Assembly (NCBI GenBank): GCA_964016885.1
Contig: OZ024742.1
Span: 6,262,001-6,326,000 of the forward strand
Reading direction: 5' to 3'
From: Eledone cirrhosa
Taxonomy: Eukaryota
Length of the DNA: 64,000 nucleotides
A program made the translations under genes and the position numbers. This document shows, in pieces, positions 54,051 to 64,000 of the stretch (positions within the stretch are counted from its first letter, which is position 1; every line of letters starts with the position of its first letter). Under the pieces are notes generated by a model, which searched no databases, was not told the DNA's origin, and was given only the letters and a program-made list of their open reading frames with translations.

Positions 54051-56486
54051 ATGGAAAAACAATACTTGGGAACCTCTTTAAAGAACATACCAATACCTTC
54101 TAAGGATGACTTCTTACTCCTTATGATTCAAAAAACTAACCAATTTATCAGAAGAGTTAGATGGAGGGCCTACCACTTCGATAAAAAATCTAAATATGCA
54201 GATAGGAAATATATGTATGATTTCAATACTTACCAGAATCCACCACACAACTCTTTGCTTAAAGACTTTGAGAAAGACCTTTTTAATTTAATTAAACACC
54301 TCAAATTTAAGAAGTATAAATCTGTCTTTCAAAAGGACCTTGATTCTACCCTATTGGACCTAAAAAAGTCTAAAAAAATCCATGTCCACTCGGACAAAAC
54401 TGGTAACTTGTATCACATGGATATTGAAGATTATAATGAGTTCATATATAAAGAACTCAGGAAAAATTATAAAAAATCTAATAATGCGTCACTCACCAAC
54501 ATCAACAACAAAACACACAACATAGTAAAAAAACTAAACATTGAAGATAGAACTGAACCCTTGGCATTGAAAAGACCACACTTCAACCTGAAGGATCATA
54601 AATCAAACTTTAACTCAAATCCTTCTATAAGACTTATATGTCCCTCCAAATCTGATATTGGAATAATTAGCAAAACAATTTTGGATAGAGTCATCCCACA
54701 AATAAGAAAACACGTTAATTTACCACTCTGGGAAAACACTTCCCAGGTAATTAACTGGTTTAAAAATATTAGATGTAAATCTTCTGCTTCATTTCTACAA
54801 TTTGATATAGATAATTACTATTCTTCTATATCACCTATACTCCTGAACAAAGCATTGATATTTGCTAAAAATAGATCTAACTTAACTTTGGATGACATTA
54901 ATATTATTACACATGCTAGACTAACACTTATTGAATTTCAGAATGAATACTGGACCAGAAACACATATAGTAATCTATTTGATATTACTATGGGTTCAAG
55001 CGATTCCGCCCAAATTACTGATCTTGTGGGCCTCTTTCTCCTTTTCAACATAAATGCCTCCTTTCCCCACCTTAAAGGTGGTTTATATCGTGATGACTGT
55101 CTTCTTCTTTCCAACAACCTTAGCCTTTCAGAAATAGAAAAAAACAAAAAGCATATTAGAACTTTCCTTAAAGACTATTATAGTCTTCATATTACTTTTG
55201 AAAAAACAAGTAAAGTAGTAAATTTCCTAGATATAACTTTAGACTTAGCTACGGGTATCTACCAACCTTACCATAAACCCAACCAAAACTTACACTACAT
55301 ACACTCACAATCTAATCACCCTAAATCTATCCTTAAAAACCTTGCATATAATATATCACTTAGAATTTCTAACCTTTCTTCTAACCAAGATGTATTTGAT
55401 AAAAATGCGACCTTCTATAACGAAGCTCTAGATAGAAGTGGCCACAAAAATAGATTAGAATATATACCTTCTACTAAAAATACTATAAACATACAACCTA
55501 ATATTACCAACAAACACCAAATGAAAAGTACACACCTAAATGCCACCCACACTATACCCCAAAATACCAACAACTCTTCTAATATAAAGTAGAGTAACTC
55601 TCAAAAAACTACTCATCATACAACTCTAATAAATGTTAATAATAAAACTCCTAATAAACAAGATAAAACACCTAAATCTATAAATCTAACTAAAAATGTG
55701 CGTGGTGAGATCATTAACATTAATCCTCCTAGTAAACATCACGATACAACCTATAAAAATAATAAACAACATAGAAACCGTAATAGACGAGTTACTTGGT
55801 ATAATGCTCCATTTAATTTACAAATTAAGGATAATATTGCTAAAAATTTTTTTTATATCCTAGAGAAAAACTTCCCGCCAAACCACAAATACCATCAAAT
55901 CTTAAATAGGTCTACAGTTAAATTCTCATACTCAACAACCAATAACATAAAACAAAATATAAGTGCCTATAATGCATATAAATGTAAGAATACCATAAGT
56001 ATACCACCAATACATCAAACTAACCATAATATCTCCTCAAATACAGATTTAACGAAAGGTTGTAACTGTACAAACAAAGCAAACTGCCCATTAAAAGGAA
56101 ATTGTCTTGTTAACAACATAGTTTATAAATGTAATGTTAAAACTAAAAATTCTATATGCTCATATATAGGAGCTACTTCTAACAATTTTAAGGTAAGGTT
56201 TAATACCCACAAACATAGTTTTAAAAATGCCGCACTGGCTAATACAACATCTCTAGCAGAAAAAATCAATAGTTATAAAAATAAGAATATAGAATATGAT
56301 ATGACCTGGAGTGTGCTCAAAAGAGCCACCCCTTATCAAAATAATAGAAATGAATGTAGATTATGTTCCCAAGAACTATTTGAAATAATGAAATCTAAGG
56401 ATATCTTATTAAATAAACGACAGGAATTAATTATATCGTGTAATCATAAACTAAGAAAAACATTTAAATATTATAAACCTAATTAA
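54051..56486 (+). CDS. PLE polyprotein: reverse transcriptase + Cys-rich linker + GIY-YIG endonuclease, interrupted by one in-frame TAG at 55590-55592
   Basis: RT motifs SDKTGNLY, LKDHK, FDIDNYYSSI, FDITMGSSDSAQITDLVG, GLYRDD, FLDITL. EN motifs CNC..CPLKGNC, NIVYKC..SYIG, CRLC..E, LLN. The two listed ORFs are in the same frame and no other stop lies between them. Confidence 0.92.
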
Positions 56487-56956
56487 TAACATTATTTTAG
56501 AAATTAATATATAATTTAATTTAAATGTTAGTTAACCTATAAATTTAATTTAATTAAAATTCTACTACAGATGAGATTATAAAATATTGTGTAATCATAA
56601 ATTGTGAAAAACTTTTAAATATTACTAATATATACTTCGTAAATTAATTTATAGATTCATTTTAATTTATTTAACCTTTTATTAAAATTCCTTTACAGAT
56701 AAAATATAACAAAATATCGTGTATTCAATGACAGAGAAATATTTTTTAATATTATAGACCTAATTATTGTACATTTTAGAAATATATTTATAATTTGGTT
56801 TTAATTTGGTTAACCTAAAAATTTAATTTTAATTGGCTTAAAATTAAAATCCTAATACAGATGGATTGCAGAGTGTCATGTAATCATAGGTTTTGGATGT
56901 ATACCTAGTTAATATATTCTTTGCAATTTTTGAAAAAATATGTATATATATATATA

Positions 56957-57005
<49 letters not shown>

Positions 57006-57480
57006 GTATATATATATGTGTATATATTGATTTTAATTTCTGTTTACCTATAATTATATTCTACTATAGATAAAATACAATATCTGTTTTAATTATTATA
57101 AACCTAATTAACATATACTATAGAAATTAATATATAATTTTTAATTTAGTTAACCTATAATTTATATTCTACTACCGATATAATACTTTATTTGGTTTTT
57201 TTCCCTATTACTAAATTCATTTCCTAATATTGATACCATAACGTTAATAATTTTAATTTAGTTATACTATAATTAATACTCTACTACTATTTAACTTCAA
57301 AATTCCGCTTCAAATATTATAAACCTAAGTAGTATACACCTTAGAAATCAATATATTAACTATCTTTAATTTAATTAACCTATAATTAATAGTCTACTTA
57401 TATTAAAATGCATAATTTTGCCTTCTTTCTTACATTTCCTAATACTGAAACTACTATGTAAACACATATTATGATCTAAA
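56469..57480. repeat. Degenerate AT-rich tandem repeats in the PLE 3' UTR
   Basis: TATTATA(A/G)ACCTAA recurs at 56469, 56750, 57094 and 57315, each followed by TTAGAAAT..TTAACCTA blocks. Confidence 0.7.
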
Positions 57481-57555
57481 TGCAGATTAATATTCTATGT
57501 TTCTTGAAACCTATATTTACTATAATCCTCTCCCCACCATTCCCCCCGCCTATTA

Positions 57556-57672
57556 TTATTTGTATTTGTAAGCGTGGATGTATGTATGTATATGTAGGTA
57601 GGTATGTATGTTTGGGTGTTTGTATGTGAGTATAAAAATACATATGTGCGCATGTAAATAAGGGTGTATGAT

Positions 57673-57719
<47 letters not shown>

Positions 57720-57853
57720 ATATATGTATGTATATGTATGTATCTATGTATTTATGTGGGTATATGTGTGTATGTATATGTATGCGCATATATACGTCTA
57801 TGTGTATATGTGTGTATGTGTATATATGTACGTATGTGCGCATGTATATGTGA

Positions 57854-57888
<35 letters not shown>

Positions 57889-58267
57889 CGATATGGAATG
57901 AATGGAGGCTGTATTTGTAGGGCCATGTTTGTTTCATTATATATGTTTCAGGGATGTCATATTGACGATGTGTTGTGCCTTCTTCAGACAAAATACAATA
58001 TAGACAGTTTTATAAATAAATAGATTTGACATACCGTTCAACATCGACTTGTATTTGAAAAGTTGATTTGGCAGTATTTTGTCTGAGGAAGGCATAGCAT
58101 ATTGTTAGTGTGATGTCCCTGAGGTATGTATGATGAAATAGATATGGTTTTGTAGATGTAGTTTCCATTTATTTAGTATCGTAAATATACTCCAAATACT
58201 TGTTGAGTGCTTTTATATCAGTTATAAATATTTACTAGTTGTAACCCAACAATTTAAATATAACTTT

Positions 58268-58313
<46 letters not shown>

Positions 58314-58353
58314 AGTTGATGTGTGTATGTGTATATATATATGTATGTATATG

Positions 58354-58406
<53 letters not shown>

Positions 58407-58487
58407 ATATATGTGTATATGTATGTGTGTGCATATTTGTCTGACTGTGTGTATTAATTTATTTATTTATTTATTTATTTTATTTAT

Positions 58488-58553
<66 letters not shown>

Positions 58554-58845
58554 ATGTGTGTGTATATATATGTATGTGTATATGTATGTGTATGTATATG
58601 TGTGTGTGTGTGTATGTGTGTATATATTTATATGTGTATATGTATCTCTATTTATATATGTATATATGTGTGTGTATATCCCTTTATTTATGTATGTCTG
58701 AGTTGTGTGAGCGTGTGGTTGTGTTTGTATATGTATACGCATACATGGATGTGTATGTATGTGTATATATGCGTATATGTATGTGTGTGTGTGTATATAT
58801 GTATGTCTATGTATGAGTATGTATATGTATGTATGTGTATATATA

Positions 58846-58906
<61 letters not shown>

Positions 58907-58975
58907 TATATTATATGTGTGTGTGTATATATATATATCTTTGTATGTGTGTATGTGTATATGTGTGTGTATGTA

Positions 58976-59019
<44 letters not shown>

Positions 59020-59073
59020 GGTATGTATGTGTATGTGTGTATATACATGAGTGTGTTTATATATGTGTATAGA

Positions 59074-59154
<81 letters not shown>

Positions 59155-59352
59155 TGTGAATGTATATATGTATGTATGTGTGTATATATATATATATATA
59201 TGTGTGTGTATATATGTATATGTCTATGTATTTTTATGTGTATATGTATGTGTCTCTATATGTATGCGTGTTGTATGTGTATGTGTATTTATATGGAGTG
59301 TGTATGTATATGTATGTGTATGTATGTGTTTATGTATATGTGTATGTATATG

Positions 59353-59393
<41 letters not shown>
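57556..59393. repeat. Mixed (TA)/(TG)/(TATG) microsatellite region inside the PLE 3' region
   Basis: Alternating T-purine repeats, with G abundant and C rare on the + strand. Confidence 0.9.
57887..58183 (+). other. 110-bp G-U-rich RNA hairpin (arms 57887-57996 and 58074-58183, 77-nt loop) derived from an inverted hammerhead-containing segment
   Basis: Manual gap-free alignment gives 78 Watson-Crick pairs, 31 G-U pairs and 1 mismatch on the + strand. Confidence 0.9.
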
Positions 59394-59396
<3 letters not shown>

Positions 59397-59430
59397 CTTA
59401 ATATTTTTCTTTTTTCTTTTTCTTTTTATT

Positions 59431-60185
59431 TCTAAATTTATAGATACATTTATAAATAGGCAGTTTGCTGACACCAGTAAATACTGACCTTTCCCCCCCA
59501 CCTACTTTCTGTATCTGGATCTAAATATGTGTGGCAGTGTTTATGTGCGCGCATTAATGTCCATATGCTTATGATAATAGTATATACACATATATGTGTG
59601 TGGGGGTGTGTGTGTGTATGTATGTTCGTGGTTGTGTGTATGTTTATGCGTATACGCGCGTGTGTGTGTGAATGTATGTATATGTGTGAGTATATGAATG
59701 TGTATATATTTATTTTTATATTTATATGTTTATATGCGTATACGTATTTTATCTGTAGATTATAAACATACAGAGACATTAGCCCTGAATTTTTGTATTT
59801 ACATACATCTTTTCGGCATGCGTATACATGTGAACATATATTTTTATGCATATCTGTGAACGAAGTTACTTACATATATACATACACCTAACTGTATAAA
59901 CTTTTTGTGTTTTCATTGGTCAATTTGAACTCTGTTCCCAAACAGACCTGTAATTTTGAATTGTTGTTATTATCAATAAATATATTTCATTATTTCTGAA
60001 GACGGCATATGTATGTGTTGGTATGTATATTTAATTTTGATAGTTTGTATAATTTTGTATAATTTTGTACATAGATCTGTTGAATATGCATGCCAATTCT
60101 AACACATATATATCCTAGAAACGATCGTTAAATAATGAACGTTTTTTGTTTAATATAAGGAACTGTTTCATTCATTATTTTTTTA

Positions 60186-60193
<8 letters not shown>
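59431..60193 (+). repeat. 3' pseudo-LTR
   Basis: Reverse complement of ~52910-53720 with few differences; ends in (TA)n. Confidence 0.92.
59986..60139 (+). ncRNA. Hammerhead ribozyme with extended stem II and palindromic stem III
   Basis: TTCATTATTT-CTGAAGA(59996)-long hairpin-GAAA(60118)-CGATCG-TT^AAATAATGAA. ACGATCGT is a perfect palindrome. Cleavage is predicted after 60129. The base of stem II is non-canonical. Confidence 0.75.
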
Positions 60194-60284
<91 letters not shown>

Positions 60285-60335
60285 ATTTATATATATATAT
60301 ATTTATATATATATATATTTATATATATATATATT

Positions 60336-60372
<37 letters not shown>

Positions 60373-60391
60373 ATTTATATATATATATATT

Positions 60392-60473
<82 letters not shown>

Positions 60474-60475
60474 TA

Positions 60476-60523
<48 letters not shown>

Positions 60524-60533
60524 TATATATATA

Positions 60534-60612
<79 letters not shown>
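60194..60612. repeat. (TA)n/TTTA microsatellite
   Basis: Direct reading. Confidence 0.95.
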
Positions 60613-60617
<5 letters not shown>

Positions 60618-61744
60618 ATACAATAACAGAGATAGTTTAAAGCTAAACTCTGACTGGTAACCATCTCACTCAACAAACATTAGGTTATATTAAAATATAA
60701 ACCCAATTTAAGTGTTTGGGGTGCTAACAATATGTATAATGTGGAAAAACCAGTTGTATTATTTTATGAGATATAATTAAAGTTAAAGTATATCTCTCTT
60801 TCCAAACAATTGTTTCATTATAAGTTTTCTACAAGTTTGGGAGAATGTTTCCAGTTTATGTAGAAGCCTAATATATATTCATTTAAGAATATATTTAGGT
60901 GGGCACTTATAAATCATCAGTGGAAGCCCATTAAACATTGATATAAGAAAACAATTTCTTACCGCTGTCAAAAATCATGTCCGTAAAGTTGCTCTCTCTC
61001 ACCTCGAATGACCGCCAAATTTGAAATTCCAGCAGTTTTTGACTGAGGAAGTATCATAGCGACACGAAGCGGGAAGGCGAGACAACCCACGATCCACGAA
61101 ATGAGGAAAAAAAATAATATACACGCGGGTTAATTAGTTTTTTTGAAAACATTATCGATCCAACGTGTTTAAGAACTCAATTGAAAATAAAAAAATAAAT
61201 ATATGCTTGTATAAATTACACACGCATATAGATATTTTCTTAGGCTAAATCAGAGGTTGTACCCGAATAAGAATCGCTTCTCATAACTGCAGTAAATGCA
61301 GAAAGTTATGCTATAAAGAGCAAATGGGAATATAATTCTCCGGCCGAATTATTAAGAGTAAAATATAAAACACACGCGGGTTAATTAGTTATTTCAAAAC
61401 CAATATTAATTCCTCGTGTAAAGAACTCAATTAATAAAAGAAAATAAATACATATATGCATGTAATTATATACGTAGGCATATATATATATATTTTCCTA
61501 GGCTAAAAAACAGAGAAGTTACAACCAAAAAAAGCCACAATATTTCACAACAGTAATAAATACGGAAAGTCAAATTCATAAGGTACCTGGAAATAAACAC
61601 CTCTGGCCAATCAAGAGTAAATATTTAATACAATAAGAGAGATAGTTTAAAGCTAAACTCTGACTGGTAACCATCTCACTCAACAAACATTAGGTTATAT
61701 TAAAATATAAACCCAACTTAAGTGTTTGGGGTGCTAACAATATA
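60613..61744. mobile_element. Non-coding ~1.13-kb element with ~120-bp terminal direct repeats and an internal ~250-bp tandem duplication, flanked by (TA)n
   Basis: TTTAATACAATAA.AGAGATAG...GGGGTGCTAACAATAT at ~60613-60733 and ~61623-61743, with 2 substitutions seen. ACACGCGGGTTAATTAGTT at 61121 and 61372. Confidence 0.6.
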
Positions 61745-61761
61745 TTTATATATATATATAT

Positions 61762-63203
61762 TCCAATAACACAACACTGTTGTACAGTCTCTTGCGTGAG
61801 GTTTATGGACCGTCTTCTTCTCTGGTGACACCGATTCGCAGCAAGGATGGCAAAATACTTCTTCGTGACTCACAAGGAATTCTACGAAGGTGGCGAGAGA
61901 ACTTTGATGATCTTTTGAATTAGCCGTCTGTCGTCAGTGAAGATTTCCTCAATCTCATTCCAGAAAGCCCTGTGAAAGTAGCTCTCGCAGAACCTCCAAC
62001 GCTTGTGGAGGTTGCAGTGGCTATTTCGAAGCTGAACAGTGGAAGATCTCCAGGTATGGATGGCATACATGCTGAGCCCCTACAATATGGTGGTGAGAGA
62101 CTCCTGCAACATCTTCACTCTTTGTTTGGCAGGATATGGGCTAATGAATCCGTACCTGAGGACTGGAGAGATGCAGTAATGGTGGTCTTGTTCAAGGGAA
62201 AGGGTAACAGGAACGATTGTGGGAACTACAGAGGTATATCATTGCTTTCTGTCGTAGGGAAAGTTTTATGTAGGGTGCTTCTGGACCGTCTGCTGACACT
62301 GTGTTCTTCCTGAAAGTCAATCTGGTTTTCGTGCTGGACGCGGCACTACTGATATGATCTTCTCAGCTAGACAGCTCCAGGAGAAGTGCATGGAACAAGG
62401 CTTGTATCTGTATCAGGTTTTTGTCGATCTGACAAAAGCTTTCGATACTGTTAACAGAGTTGCATTATGGAAGGTTCTCCAGAAACTTGGTTGCCCTGAT
62501 AAGTTCCTTGCTTTAGTTAGGTCTTTCCATGACGACATGAAGGCTTGGGTTAATGTCGGGGGTAACATGTCGGAGCCTATCTCAGTAAAAAATGGAGTGA
62601 AACAGGGGGATATTCCAGCACCGACCCTGTTTGCCATATACTTTGCAATGGTTTTCTGTATTGCATTCAGGAATTGCGAGCATGGTGTTTACATCCGATA
62701 TCGAACCCCAGGCAGCATATTTAACATCAGGCGCTTTGCTGCGAAGACAAAAGTATTTACATCAATCATAAGAGATCTCTTGTATGCAGATGATTGCGAT
62801 CTTGTAGAGCACACAGAGAGTGATATGCCGCACATTTTGAATGCATTTTCTGACGCTTGCACTGCCCTAGGTCTGACTGTCAGTCTCAACAAAACCTGCC
62901 CCTGGTTAGCAGTACACTGAACCAAACATCTATGTGTATGGCAAACGACTTGGAGTGGTTGATCAGTTTGTCTACCTGGGAAGCACTGTCAATCGATACG
63001 GCAACCTTGACAGTGAAATCTCACTTAGGATTAGGAAAGCAAGTGATGCTTTAGGAAAGCTAGAAAGGCGACTCTGGGGTCGGCGAGACATATGCAGGAG
63101 GACAAAGGTAAAGGTGTACAAGGCATGTGTGCTCTCTTGTCTTCTTTATGCCTGCGAGACCTGGGTCACATATCGACACCAGCTTAAGCAATTGGAGCGT
63201 TTC
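61762..63203 (+). pseudogene. Decayed RTE-clade (BovB-like) LINE ORF2 reverse transcriptase
   Basis: SPGMDGI, NYRGISLLS, FVDLTKAFDTV, GVKQG, LLYADD, FVYLGS, LLYACETW across three pieces separated by stops and frameshifts. Both ends are truncated. Confidence 0.92.
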
Positions 63204-64000
63204 AGGAACTAGAGAAAAACACAATGGAAAGCATCCAGCAAATAGCAAACTCCATCCACCAGAGCATTAGAGTTACTATAGACTACCCAAGTAGACACCC
63301 CAATCATCGATTACCTGTACTAGACACAGAGCTCTGGTTAGATACCATTAACAACAAAAAACAAATCCTCCATTTCCATTATGCCAAACCCATGACTTCC
63401 AAACATCTGATCCACCGAAACTCGGCCATTTCGGACCATACCAAAATCAACATACTGATTGCGGATTTGGTACGGGTGATGAGAAATGTGTCCCGCATGT
63501 GCAACCCCGAAGAACTAGAGAGACACATACAACACTTCCTCCACCGTATGCAGTTCTCTGGCTACAATCAGAGAGATAGAATCAGAGTGTATAGAGGAGC
63601 CAGAACCAAATGGGAAAAAATGGTAAATAATGACATAAATGGGACCTGCCCCTTGTATAGGAGCAAATTTTGGAATAGAATAGAAAGAACTAGGAACAAG
63701 GCTAATAGAATAAACTCATGGTATGATAGCAATAAATACCAGAGTGTAATGTTCATCGATACAACCCCTAGAGGTGAATTAGCTTACAAATTTAGAAGGG
63801 CCCTAAATAAACATAAACTCAATATTAAGATAGTAGAAAGACCAGGTACCTCCGTAAAAACACTTATTAGCAAGACATACCCTTTTCAAAGACCCTCATA
63901 TATAGATAAGAAATGTATAACCTTTAAAATAAGCCCCCATATTAACTGTAAAACTAGAAATGTAGTGTATAGCATAAGATGTACTGAAGGACAATGTAGA
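63204..64000 (+). mobile_element. 5'-truncated PLE of a different clade (RT thumb, linker and start of GIY-YIG); open to the window edge
   Basis: My translation in the frame of the ATG at 63224 gives MESIQQIANSIHQSIRVTIDYPSRHPNHRLPVLDTELW..HYAKPM..RMQFSGY..VMFIDTTPRGEL..KIVERPG..CKTRNVVYSIRC with no stop. This ORF is absent from the provided track. Confidence 0.85.

Noticed and set aside
55590-55592. Selenocysteine recoding as described for some Naiad PLEs
   Set aside because: The stop is TAG rather than TGA, it is not at a conserved Cys, and I see no convincing SECIS downstream.
60860-60930. Minus-strand CTGATGA as another hammerhead
   Set aside because: No matching GAAA/stem III/stem I arrangement could be built.

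Overview
Repeat-only eukaryotic (animal) DNA with no host protein-coding gene that I can support. The SINE and the AT/microsatellite texture resemble octopus/coleoid cephalopod DNA, which is an inference from memory. Bases 1-43.27 kb are one nearly G-free (+ strand) CACCA/CACTA-based satellite with higher-order repeats; all the huge His/Thr ORFs there are artefacts. The last 21 kb holds two tandem ~430-450-bp palindromes, each with a convergent pair of tRNA-like Pol III units, plus a tRNA-derived SINE with an 18-bp TSD, a 200-N gap, a CR1-like LINE fragment and a decayed RTE LINE. It also holds at least four Penelope-like elements (PLEs), three of them abutting (TA)n tracts. One PLE is nearly complete (RT + GIY-YIG, inverted and direct pLTRs). 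Four hammerhead ribozymes can be read by eye. The most striking signal is a 110-bp gap-free inverted repeat in that PLE's 3' region. By my manual alignment, 31 of its 32 arm differences are G-U wobbles in the sense RNA. Reverting those G's to A rebuilds a canonical hammerhead. This looks like ADAR A-to-I hyper-editing written back into the genome by retrotransposition.
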